Assembly (NCBI GenBank): GCA_964389425.1
Contig: CAYMEC010000003.1
Location: 1,065 to 65,064 of the forward strand
DNA: 64,000 nt
Source: an uncultured Roseovarius sp.
Lineage (GTDB): Bacteria; Pseudomonadota; Alphaproteobacteria; Rhodobacterales; Rhodobacteraceae
Direction of reading: 5' to 3'
Part shown: positions 47,094 through 56,230 of the stretch, piece by piece
How positions within the stretch are numbered: the stretch's first letter is position 1
Layout of the letters: each line of letters opens with the position of its first letter
Translations under genes and position numbers: made by a program
The notes under the pieces: model-generated
The model's input: the letters and a program-made list of their open reading frames with translations, nothing else
Told to the model about the DNA's origin: nothing
Databases searched by the model: none

Positions 47094-48898
47094 GCGGCGC
47101 AGAAAAAATCGACATCGAGGACCGCGACGTTTCCGTGGGCACCTTTGTGGCCCGCAATGAGACCTACTTCAGCACAGTTTTTGAACGCTTGCAACGCGCG
47201 GAACTGCCCCGCTGGCATATGAACGCATGGGGCATTCTCGTGCCGTGGCTCTGGGCGTCGTGGCGCGGTGTCTGGCTGATGTTCTGGATCGCGCTGGCGA
47301 TTGATATCCTCGCAATTGTCTGTCTGATGCAGGTGGTGAAATTCACACCCCTTCTGGAAGAGGCGCTCAAGAACCCCGAAGCGAACACCACCCTGATCCC
47401 CCGCTACACCGGCTGGATCAACACCTATTTCTACATTGGCTGGGGCTTGCTCATCGGCGGCAGGCTCTGGATGGGGAGCCAGGCAAACCGGTGGTACTAC
47501 GGGCAATACACCCGCTGGCGGATCGACCATGCGGTGGCGAACGGCGTGATGTTGAAGCGCGTGGTGATCGGCCTGATCATCATGGCCATCTGCGCGCCGC
47601 TTACCACTTATCGCGCGACACAGCTGCGTCTCGATGACCGGGCGTGCCTTGGGCAGGTGCGGGCCGGCGAAACAGTTCAGGAACTGATGGTGCGCTACAA
47701 CCTCAGTGATCTGCCCGCATTACAGCAATCCATCGCCGACGACGTGGTCGTGCTGCAAACGGCGTTTGACCGGCTGGATGGCCTCGAAAACCCGACCGAC
47801 GCGGAAAAAACGGAGCGCGCAACCCTGCGCAAGGATTTGCGCGCCACGGCGCGGGAAGCCCAGACGGTGGAAGACTACCTCGCCATCACGCCCAAAGATC
47901 GGTTCGATTGCAAGTTCATCGATGATTTCCCGACGCTCGCGCGTTTTGATGCACCAGCCGAAGTCCGCTATCGCCGGGTTCCGGATGAAGAAGCCCGCGC
48001 CGCAGGCGACGAGGACGCCACCAAGGTTCTCGTGCAGGAAAGCCCCCCGGTCGAGGGCCGCCGCATCAACATCTTCACCTATAACGCAGAGGCAATCGAC
48101 ACAGGCATCAACTACCTGCGCGCGCAATACGCAGGCATCTTTGACGCGATGACCCAAGTCTTGCGCCAGTCGCTGATCCGTGTGGAGGTGGCGTTTATGC
48201 AGACGCCCTGGCCGGTGGTTGCCTTCCTCTTCATGGCGCTGGCGTGGGCCTATACCAACCGGGCCACGACCATATTCGTGGCAAGCTCCCTCGCCTTCCT
48301 CGCCGCGTTTGAGCTTTGGCAAGTGGCGATGCAAACCATGGCGCTGGTCGTGGTGGCCACGGCGATATGCGTCTTCGTTGGCTTACCCGTCGGCATATGG
48401 ATGGCCAAGAACAAGGTCTTTAGATGGATCAATGAACCCATACTGGACGTGATGCAGACGATCCCGTCTCTCAGCTATCTGGTGCCTGCCGTGGCCTTCT
48501 TCGGCATCTCGCAGCCGCCTGCCGTTCTGGCGACCGTGATCTTCGCGATCCCCCCGATGGTGAAACTGACCGCTCTTGGCATCCTGCAAGTGCCCGAAAG
48601 CACCAAGGAGGCCGCCCTCGCGTTCGGCGCGTCTGAACGACAGCTTCTGCGAAAGGTCGAACTGCCCATGGCGATCCCGTCGATCATGGCGGGGCTCAAC
48701 CAAACGATCATGCTGGCGCTCTCCATGGCCACGATCTCCGCCTTTATCGGGGCGGCGGGTCTGGGCGCGCTGGTCACAGAATCCCTGGGCGATGCCCAGG
48801 CAGGCAAAGGCTTGTTGGCCGGTATCGCCATCGCGCTCGTTGCGATGATGATCGACCGCATCCTGCGGGGCATCCGCGCCTCGTTCAGCCGCATTTAA
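47090..48898 (+). CDS. proW: ProW-type permease with a ~330-aa N-terminal extension
   Basis: C-terminal PILDVMQTIPSLSYLVP and EAALAFGAS...KVELP.A.PSIMAGLNQT; N-terminal extra TM and coiled-coil region. Confidence 0.85.
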   Translation: MSGAEKIDIEDRDVSVGTFVARNETYFSTVFERLQRAELPRWHMNAWGILVPWLWASWRGVWLMFWIALAIDILAIVCLMQVVKFTPLLEEALKNPEANTTLIPRYTGWINTYFYIGWGLLIGGRLWMGSQANRWYYGQYTRWRIDHAVANGVMLKRVVIGLIIMAICAPLTTYRATQLRLDDRACLGQVRAGETVQELMVRYNLSDLPALQQSIADDVVVLQTAFDRLDGLENPTDAEKTERATLRKDLRATAREAQTVEDYLAITPKDRFDCKFIDDFPTLARFDAPAEVRYRRVPDEEARAAGDEDATKVLVQESPPVEGRRINIFTYNAEAIDTGINYLRAQYAGIFDAMTQVLRQSLIRVEVAFMQTPWPVVAFLFMALAWAYTNRATTIFVASSLAFLAAFELWQVAMQTMALVVVATAICVFVGLPVGIWMAKNKVFRWINEPILDVMQTIPSLSYLVPAVAFFGISQPPAVLATVIFAIPPMVKLTALGILQVPESTKEAALAFGASERQLLRKVELPMAIPSIMAGLNQTIMLALSMATISAFIGAAGLGALVTESLGDAQAGKGLLAGIAIALVAMMIDRILRGIRASFSRI

Positions 48899-48932
48899 CC
48901 AAGAACAGCAGACAACAAATAGGGAGACCAAA

Positions 48933-49886
48933 ATGAAACATCTGCTCAAAACGACCGCCATTACGGCGGCGCTGATGGCCAGCACCGCGGCCTCAGCCCA
49001 GGAAAAGGTCATGATCTCAGATCCCAGCTGGAACGGCGCACGCGCCATCGGCCATGTGATCAAGGCCGTGATCGAAAACGAAATGGGTGGTGAGGCTGAA
49101 ATCCTTGCCGGCATGAACCAACAGCCTGTGATCTTTGCTGGTATGGACAAGGGTGACGGGTCCATCGATGTCCATCCCGATATGTGGATGCCCAACTGGC
49201 AATCCGCCTGGGATGAGTATGTGGACGGCAATGAATCCGTCCGCGTGAACACCCCCTATCTGGGCACATCGAACATCTACGTTCCGGCCTACATGGCCGA
49301 CACGGTGTCTTCCATCGAGGACCTCAACAACCCTGAAGTCGCCGCGATGTTTGACACGGATGGCGACGGCCTTGGTGAATACTGGCCAGGCGATGTGACT
49401 TGGGCCTCGACCAAGCGCTGGCAGATCAAATTCAAATCCTACGGCCTAGATGCTCTGTGGGAACCCAATATCGTCTCCGCTGACACGTTCAAGGCGGGTC
49501 TGGCCGCCGCCTACGCCGCCGGTCAGCCGCAGCTTTTCTACCACTGGACACCTGAGGCGCTTCACGTGCAGTACGACCTGTCCATCGTGGGGGAGCCAGA
49601 GCGCTTTGACGGTTGCGAAGACGTGGATCTGGACGCTGAAAACTGGCTGGAAGTGTCAGAATTCGAATGCGTGATCGCACCCAACAACGTGCATGTCGCC
49701 TATTCGGCCTCCCTCGAAGAGCGCAACCCGGAGGTGGCCGCAATGCTGAGCCGCATGCAGTTCACGGGCAACGAAATCAACGGCTGGATCGTCGAGATGT
49801 TCACCAACAAGCGCGACCCCGCCGAAGTTGCCGCTGAATGGATCGCCGACAATAAAGACATCGTCGACGGCTGGATCAACGGCTAA
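48933..49886 (+). CDS. proX: ProX/OpuAC-type substrate-binding protein
   Basis: Signal peptide ending ASAQ, SW.G, IDVHP..W.PN, Trp-rich motifs, A..WIA.N...VD.W. Confidence 0.85.
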   Translation: MKHLLKTTAITAALMASTAASAQEKVMISDPSWNGARAIGHVIKAVIENEMGGEAEILAGMNQQPVIFAGMDKGDGSIDVHPDMWMPNWQSAWDEYVDGNESVRVNTPYLGTSNIYVPAYMADTVSSIEDLNNPEVAAMFDTDGDGLGEYWPGDVTWASTKRWQIKFKSYGLDALWEPNIVSADTFKAGLAAAYAAGQPQLFYHWTPEALHVQYDLSIVGEPERFDGCEDVDLDAENWLEVSEFECVIAPNNVHVAYSASLEERNPEVAAMLSRMQFTGNEINGWIVEMFTNKRDPAEVAAEWIADNKDIVDGWING

Positions 49887-49909
49887 ACCCGTTCATCATT
49901 GACCCCATC

Positions 49910-49942
49910 AACGGGCCGCGCCTTTTCAGCGCGGCCCGTTTT
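49910..49942. terminator. Bidirectional rho-independent terminator
   Basis: Perfect 12-bp stem AACGGGCCGCGC / GCGCGGCCCGTT, 7-nt loop, followed by TT; sits between convergent proX and lysR. Confidence 0.8.
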
Positions 49943-50849
49943 GCATCCAGGGCGGGGCTTTGCCGATCTCGTCGATCAGGAAATCCATGAACACCCGCAC
50001 CTTCGGCGACAGCACATTGGATTTGGGATAGATCAACCACAGCACATTGTCCTCCGCGACCTCATAACCCGGCAAAACCCGCACCAATTGCCCTGATGCC
50101 AGTTCCGCATGAACAGCCCATCTCGCATTGAGCGATATCCCCGCGCCCGCCAGGGTCGCCCGCACCTGGCTTTGTCCGTCATCCAAGATCAAACGACCCT
50201 TGGCCATTGCGGGATTAAAATGCCCCGTCGCCCCATCCGGGCCCTTCAGGGGGCGGGCATCGCGGTTTCGAAAGGCAATCAGGCTGTGCCGGGCCAGATC
50301 ATCGGTTGTCTGCGGCACACCATGCGCTGCCAGATACGCAGGCGACGCGCACAGGATGCGTTGATCATCCGCCAGCTTGCGCCCCTTGAGGCTGGTATCA
50401 AACAGCGGCGCATTCCGCAGCGCTAGATCATAGCTTCCCTCGATCAGATCCAGCTGCAAATCCGACAGACGCAGATCAAGCGTGAGCTCCGGATGCTGCG
50501 CCAGAAATCCCGGCAATATGGGCGCAATATAGATCTGCGCAAAACTGCTGGGGGCCGCAAAGCGCAAGGTCCCGCGCAGGGTCGTGGTCTGCTTACCAAG
50601 AGAGGCCAGCGCCGCCTCCTCCTGCGCGATGATTTCGCGGGCGAAGGGCAGAAATTCCGTGCCTTCCAAGGACAACGACACCTTGCGCGTCGTCCGATGC
50701 AAGAGTTCCGCACCAAGATGCTGCTCCAGCTTGGCCAACTTGGCGCTCGACACTGCCGGGGCCAATCCCATGCGACGCCCGGCCGCGCTGATATTCAATA
50801 GCTCCGCCGCCAGCACGAACAGGCGAAGCGTGTCGGTGTTCAGGCTCAT
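49926..50849 (-). CDS. LysR family regulator (CrgA-like)
   Basis: LRLFV..AE..NISAAGR...LE..LG..L.HRTTRK.SL..EG; start MSLNTD at 50849. Confidence 0.93.
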   Translation of the reverse strand: MSLNTDTLRLFVLAAELLNISAAGRRMGLAPAVSSAKLAKLEQHLGAELLHRTTRKVSLSLEGTEFLPFAREIIAQEEAALASLGKQTTTLRGTLRFAAPSSFAQIYIAPILPGFLAQHPELTLDLRLSDLQLDLIEGSYDLALRNAPLFDTSLKGRKLADDQRILCASPAYLAAHGVPQTTDDLARHSLIAFRNRDARPLKGPDGATGHFNPAMAKGRLILDDGQSQVRATLAGAGISLNARWAVHAELASGQLVRVLPGYEVAEDNVLWLIYPKSNVLSPKVRVFMDFLIDEIGKAPPWMQNGPR

Positions 50850-50984
50850 TATCTTCAAAATCCGAATTATCAATCCAAAATTACGTGGTTTTTATACGGA
50901 ACACCAGAAGACATATAGGCTCTGTCAGTGCGATAGATGACAGCCATCACCGTCTGTATTGATGCGACGACAAGGATAGAACTC

Positions 50985-51950
50985 ATGCTGGACAGGACTG
51001 AGACACCGGCCTTCCGCTCGATCAACGCAGCCTACAGTCAGGTGTTTCAACCCGGACGCCTGAGCATTGGCCTCGTTCTGCCGTTGGAAGCCTATGCCGT
51101 GGGCGAAACGCCCACCATGGGTGAACATCTTGAGGCCGCGCAACTGGCCGAAGAACTGGGTTTTGCCGCGCTTTGGTTGCGCGATGTGCCCTTCAACGTG
51201 CCCAGTTTCGGCGATGTTGGCCAGATCCACGACCCTTTCGTCTATCTTGGCGCGCTCGCGACCGTCACGGACCGCATTGCGCTTGGCACCGGCAGCATCA
51301 TCCTGCCTCTGCGCCATCCGGCCCATGTGGCCGAAGCTGCCGCCTCTGCCGACGTTCTGTCCGGCGGGCGCTTGTTGTTGGGCGTGGCCTCCGGCGATCG
51401 GCCCGAAGAATACCCGGCCATGAATATGGATTTTCCGGATCGCGGCGCTCGGTTCCGCGACAGCGTGGATTACATCCGCGCCCTTGGCACGCCCTACCCG
51501 ACCCACGAGAACGGTTCCGGCACCCTGTCCGGTGGCATCGATATGCTACCCAAACCCGTTGGGTCCCGCCTACCGCTGCTGATCACCGGCGGCAGTCAGC
51601 AATCCCCGGATTGGGTGGCGCAAAACGGCGATGGCTGGATCACCTACCCCCGCAATGCCGACGCTCAGGGCAAGGTAATCGCCGACTACAGATCCCGCGT
51701 GCAAGCCGCAGGTGGGCCGGACAAGCCGGTCATGCAATCGCTTTATGTGGATCTTTTGCCCGACGCCAATGCATCCCCCCGCCCCATCCATCTTGGGTTT
51801 CAGGCCGGTACGGATGTCCTGCGCGCGTATTTGCGCGAAATCGAAGCACTGGGCGTGAACCACGTGGCCCTGAACCTGCGCTTCAATCAGGCGCCCATCG
51901 ACACAACACTCAAACACCTGGCAGATGTCGTGCTGCCGGAATTTTCCTGA
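50985..51950 (+). CDS. LLM-class oxidoreductase (BA3436-like subfamily)
   Basis: ALWLRDVP, DPFVYLG, LPLRHP, SGGRL.LGVASGDRP.EYP, HVALNL. Confidence 0.85.
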   Translation: MLDRTETPAFRSINAAYSQVFQPGRLSIGLVLPLEAYAVGETPTMGEHLEAAQLAEELGFAALWLRDVPFNVPSFGDVGQIHDPFVYLGALATVTDRIALGTGSIILPLRHPAHVAEAAASADVLSGGRLLLGVASGDRPEEYPAMNMDFPDRGARFRDSVDYIRALGTPYPTHENGSGTLSGGIDMLPKPVGSRLPLLITGGSQQSPDWVAQNGDGWITYPRNADAQGKVIADYRSRVQAAGGPDKPVMQSLYVDLLPDANASPRPIHLGFQAGTDVLRAYLREIEALGVNHVALNLRFNQAPIDTTLKHLADVVLPEFS

Positions 51951-51965
51951 AAAAGGACTCATCTG

Positions 51966-52754
51966 ATGACCAAGACCATTCTGATCACCGGCTCCACCGA
52001 TGGCATCGGCCTGCTGACCGCCAGAAAACTGGCCGCTGCCGGTCATAATGTGCTCCTTCACGGTCGCAGTGCGGCCAAACTGGAGGCCGCCGCGGTTGAG
52101 GTCGGCGGTGATGTCGAAACCTATGCCGCCGATCTCAGCGATCTGTCCGCCGTTGACCTCATGGCGCAGGAGGTCCGCGCGAAACACGACCGGCTGGACG
52201 TGCTGATCAACAATGCCGGGGTGCTCAAGGCGCCGAAGGTGGTGCTGGAAAACGGGCAGGACATCCGCTTCGTGGTGAACACGCTCGCCCCCTATCTCCT
52301 GACAAAACGCCTTCTGCCGCTGATCCCGTCAGATGGGCGCATTGTCAATCTGTCATCGGCTGCCCAGGCCCCGGTGAACCTGAAGGCCCTGCAAGGTGGT
52401 GTGCCTCTCTCGGATATGGACGCCTATTCGCAAAGCAAGCTCGCCATCACGATCTGGACGCGGGAATGGGCAAAATCCCTGCCTGACGGCCCGGTGATGG
52501 TGGCGGTGAACCCCGGCTCCCTTCTTGCCTCGAAAATGGTGAAAGAGGGGTTCGGCATTGCCGGCAATGACCTGAACATGGGCGCAGATATCCTGATCGA
52601 CGCGGCTCTCGGTCCACGGTTCGCGGACGCGTCCGGGGCCTATTTCGACAATGACAGCGGCGCCTTCGCCAACCCGCACGCGGCGGCGATGGATGCTCGT
52701 CACGCGGCAGATGTCATGCAAGCCGTGTCGAACCTGCTCAACATGGATGACTGA
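51966..52754 (+). CDS. Short-chain dehydrogenase/reductase
   Basis: TGSTDGIG, NNAG, YSQSK (YxxxK). Confidence 0.92.
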   Translation: MTKTILITGSTDGIGLLTARKLAAAGHNVLLHGRSAAKLEAAAVEVGGDVETYAADLSDLSAVDLMAQEVRAKHDRLDVLINNAGVLKAPKVVLENGQDIRFVVNTLAPYLLTKRLLPLIPSDGRIVNLSSAAQAPVNLKALQGGVPLSDMDAYSQSKLAITIWTREWAKSLPDGPVMVAVNPGSLLASKMVKEGFGIAGNDLNMGADILIDAALGPRFADASGAYFDNDSGAFANPHAAAMDARHAADVMQAVSNLLNMDD

Positions 52755-52772
52755 TCACAGCGCCTTGCAACG

Positions 52773-53522
52773 CTAAAAATACGTCCGGCTCATCCGGCCC
52801 ATGTAATGCGCCCAGTCCCCCCATGTCATGTCACGCGCATACTTCCGGCGGACATGTCGTAATTCCTGCCGAATATGGCCCCGATCAACCCGCGCGCTCA
52901 CCTGCCCCTTATGCAGCCGGTTCACGACCAAAGGATCCGGCACAATCGCAGGCATTCCCCATTGACCCGCACACCGTTTGTAGAAATCCACATCCATCAG
53001 CCAAACCAGATTTTCATCAAACCGCGGCGCACCGTCCCGTCGAAACGCCAGCACAGACGGGCTGCTGACCGTATTCTTCCCGAAATGAATGCGATCATGG
53101 TAACGCGGCACCATGGGGTTCATCAGCCGCTCGCCATCGCGCGTATGTGCACTGCCTGTCAGGCACCAATCCGCACGCTCAAAGGCAGCCGCAATTCGAC
53201 CCAACGCATCGACGCCGTTCAGGAAATCATCCTGAAAGAGCAGCTTCACAAACTCTCCCCGCGCCGCCTCGATCGCGGCGTTGGAATTGGCCGAGGCCTG
53301 CCGTTTCAGATGCGCCGTCCGCACATGGCGCAAATTCAATGCGCCGAATTCGGCACAAAGATCGCGGATCGCGGTGTCATCCGATTGATCCGCCACGACC
53401 ACCTCGAAATCATCAAAACCCTGCCCTGTCAGCACGGTCAGCGATTGGCGCAGAAATCCTGCCCCGTGGCCGCCCATGGCATAGGATGGAATGCAGACAG
53501 ACAGGAACGGGGTTTCAGGCAT
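52773..53522 (-). CDS. Glycosyltransferase family 2
   Basis: SVCIPSY, EVVVADQS, LFQDD (DxD-like), D.DF motif. Confidence 0.88.
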   Translation of the reverse strand: MPETPFLSVCIPSYAMGGHGAGFLRQSLTVLTGQGFDDFEVVVADQSDDTAIRDLCAEFGALNLRHVRTAHLKRQASANSNAAIEAARGEFVKLLFQDDFLNGVDALGRIAAAFERADWCLTGSAHTRDGERLMNPMVPRYHDRIHFGKNTVSSPSVLAFRRDGAPRFDENLVWLMDVDFYKRCAGQWGMPAIVPDPLVVNRLHKGQVSARVDRGHIRQELRHVRRKYARDMTWGDWAHYMGRMSRTYF

Positions 53523-53768
53523 CGCTATACCGACCGGTTGCGCGCGAAGGTCCGGGCGGTATCGCTGAATTGAACATCAACTGTCAACGACAGCCAGCGC
53601 GTGCCGTGCAGAGAAAAGCAGACATGTTTTAACCCAAACAGACTTTCCGTGGTGGCCCGCTGGCTCTTTCAGCTTGCTTGCGTCACAAATGTGATCGTCT
53701 TCGACAACGCCAAGTGACAAAAACCACGCAACGTCGCATTTGAAATTGAAAGACAGGACTGGACCCCA

Positions 53769-54578
53769 ATGATCGACTGGGACGACGCATTCGAAATTTC
53801 CGGCCACATTCCCGGCGCGCAGGGCCTGCCCGATATCTGGGCCGCTGACGCCGCCGCCTTCCGCGCCGCATGGTCTGCCAAGGGGTTGATGCAACATGAT
53901 ATCACCTACGGTCCCGCCGCGCGCCATCTTTATGATCTCTTTCAGCCTGAAGGCGAAAGCGCGGGCCTCTTCATCTTCATCCATGGCGGGTACTGGCGGC
54001 GGTTCGACAAATCCTACTGGTCCCATCTGGCCGAAGGGGCGCTGCGCGCCGGCTGGACGGTGGCGATGCCAAGCTATGTTCTCGCCCCCGAGGCACGCAT
54101 CTCCGAAATAACCGAGGCCATGGCGTCTGCCGTCACAACCGCGGCTGAAACCACACCCGGCCCCATCCGCATTGCCGGGCATTCCGCAGGCGGGCACCTC
54201 GCCTCGCGCATGATGTGCGCGGATGTGTTGCCAGCTGCAACCGCGCGCAGACTGGCCCGCATTGTTTCCATCAGCGGTCTCCATGATCTGGCCCCGCTCT
54301 GCCTGATCCAATTGAACGACATCCTTCGCCTCACCGAAGCTGAGGCGCGCGCCGAAAGCCCTGCCGCCCTGCCCCCGCTCTCCAGCGCGGCTTTCACAGC
54401 ATGGGTCGGCGCGCAAGAACGACCCGAATTCCTGCGCCAGACCCGCCTCATCGAAGAAGCCTGGACCCGTCACGGCATCGATGCAGGGGCCGTCTACGAC
54501 ACCGGTCACGACCATTTCACCGTCATCGAAGCCCTGCGTCGACCCGACAGCCCCCTGATGCAGGCCATCCTCGCATGA
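53769..54578 (+). CDS. Alpha/beta hydrolase, probable kynurenine formamidase
   Basis: HGGYW oxyanion motif, GHSAGG nucleophile, terminal HF..I; ATGA-coupled to kynU. Confidence 0.75.
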   Translation: MIDWDDAFEISGHIPGAQGLPDIWAADAAAFRAAWSAKGLMQHDITYGPAARHLYDLFQPEGESAGLFIFIHGGYWRRFDKSYWSHLAEGALRAGWTVAMPSYVLAPEARISEITEAMASAVTTAAETTPGPIRIAGHSAGGHLASRMMCADVLPAATARRLARIVSISGLHDLAPLCLIQLNDILRLTEAEARAESPAALPPLSSAAFTAWVGAQERPEFLRQTRLIEEAWTRHGIDAGAVYDTGHDHFTVIEALRRPDSPLMQAILA

Positions 54579-55762
54579 CGCTGCCGCGCAAGGATCTCTT
54601 CTGCCTGCCCGAGGGGGTCATCTATCTGGACGGCAATTCCCTTGGCCCGCTGCCCAAATCCGCGGCGGCGCGTGTGGCCGGGACCGTGGAAACCGAATGG
54701 GGTGAAGACCTGATCCGCGCCTGGAACGCGCGAGGCTGGATGGATGCGCCACGGCGGCTTGGGGACCGGATTGCGCCAATCATCGGTGCGAGCCCGGACA
54801 GCGTGATGGTAGGCGACACGCTCTCACTCAAGCTCTTTCAGGCGCTCTCAGCGGCCCTTGACTTGATGCCCGACCGCCGCGTGATCCTGTCCGACAGGGG
54901 CAACTTCCCCTCGGATCTCTACATGGCAGACGGCCTCGCCGCGCTGAAAAACCAGGATCACGACCTGCGCCTTGTCGATCCCGAAAATGTCGAAGCCGCC
55001 ATCGATGGCAGCGTCGCCGTCGTCATGCTCACTCAGGTGGATTACCGCACAGGCAGGCGCCACGACATGACCCGCATCACCCGCGCGGCCCACGCGGCAG
55101 GGGCCTTGGTGATCTGGGATCTGGCCCACAGCGTCGGCGCGATCGAGGTCGATCTGACAGGAGCGGATTGCGATTTCGCGGTGGGGTGCACCTACAAATA
55201 TCTGAACGCCGGGCCGGGCGCCCCCGCCTTCATCTACGTGCGTCCTGATCTGATCGACAGCGTGACGCCTGCGCTTGCAGGTTGGCTGGGTCATGCCGCC
55301 CCCTTTGCATTTGAGTCTGACTACCGACCCGCCCCTGGCATGGACCGCATGCGTGTCGGCACCCCGCCGGTTCTGCAAATGGCCGCACTGGAGGCGGCGT
55401 TGGACATCTGGGACAGCCTCGATCTCTCCGCGCTCTGGGACGCGTCAGAGGTGCTCTCCCAACGGTTCATTGCCGGGGTTGAGGCCGCCTGCCCCACCTT
55501 GCGCCTTGTCAGTCCACGCGACCCCAAGGTACGAGGCAGCCACGTCTCTTTTGCCACGGAACACGCCTATCCCGTCATGCAGGCCTTGATCGATCACGGC
55601 GTGATCGGGGACGTGCGCGCACCCGACATGCTGCGCTTTGGCATCGCGCCGCTTTATCTGGATGGCGATGATATTGACCGCGCGGTCGAGATGCTGGCGA
55701 GGGTTCTGGATGAACGGCTCTGGGACCGGGAACACTACAAGACGCGCAAACCCGTGACCTGA
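54575..55762 (+). CDS. kynU: Kynureninase
   Basis: YLDGNSLG, WDLAHS.GA, GCTYKYLN.GPG (PLP lysine), RGSHVS; start MTLPRK at 54575. Confidence 0.94.
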   Translation: MTLPRKDLFCLPEGVIYLDGNSLGPLPKSAAARVAGTVETEWGEDLIRAWNARGWMDAPRRLGDRIAPIIGASPDSVMVGDTLSLKLFQALSAALDLMPDRRVILSDRGNFPSDLYMADGLAALKNQDHDLRLVDPENVEAAIDGSVAVVMLTQVDYRTGRRHDMTRITRAAHAAGALVIWDLAHSVGAIEVDLTGADCDFAVGCTYKYLNAGPGAPAFIYVRPDLIDSVTPALAGWLGHAAPFAFESDYRPAPGMDRMRVGTPPVLQMAALEAALDIWDSLDLSALWDASEVLSQRFIAGVEAACPTLRLVSPRDPKVRGSHVSFATEHAYPVMQALIDHGVIGDVRAPDMLRFGIAPLYLDGDDIDRAVEMLARVLDERLWDREHYKTRKPVT

Positions 55763-55853
55763 ACGAAACCGGGGTCCCTGTGCCGCGTACGGGATGAGGC
55801 GCCGTTCTGCGCGGGGCTGCTCCACCGGGCACATCAACACCCGAACAGACCCG

Positions 55854-56210
55854 TCACATGTCGATCCAGTCCCCCGGGTCATCGCGGGGATCAGTCTGCA
55901 TGGCCTGTGCAGCCACCACTCGGTCGCGCAACGCAGACAGATAAACGCCATCAACCACGGCCGCCCTGTCCAACGTATCGGGCGGTCGCGGCGCGGTCTC
56001 GGTGATCTTGATCAGATTTCGCATGATGATGCGCAAACAATCCGCCGATTGGCGCACCAGATCCACATCTTGCATCAACGCCACGGGAAACGCTTGGGTG
56101 GCATCGTGCGATGCCACCGCATCGCCCATGGCCTCATCCAGCGCCACGGCTTTCCGGGTCAACGTGTCCAACTCCTGCGACATGTTTTCCAGTGCGGCCA
56201 CGAAGGACAT
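55854..56210 (-). CDS. Small helical protein at the end of the che operon, CheT/CheZ-like candidate
   Basis: 118 aa from ATG 56210 with a GGAG RBS; DLVRQ (DxxxQ); last gene after cheY. Confidence 0.65.
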   Translation of the reverse strand: MSFVAALENMSQELDTLTRKAVALDEAMGDAVASHDATQAFPVALMQDVDLVRQSADCLRIIMRNLIKITETAPRPPDTLDRAAVVDGVYLSALRDRVVAAQAMQTDPRDDPGDWIDM

Positions 56211-56230
56211 TGTCTTCTCCCCACCCGTCA

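Noticed and set aside
53683-53694. TCACAAATGTGA near-palindrome upstream of the formamidase gene
   Set aside because: Half-sites are in the opposite orientation and spacing to a CRP/FNR box, and there is no local regulator to assign; too short to support.
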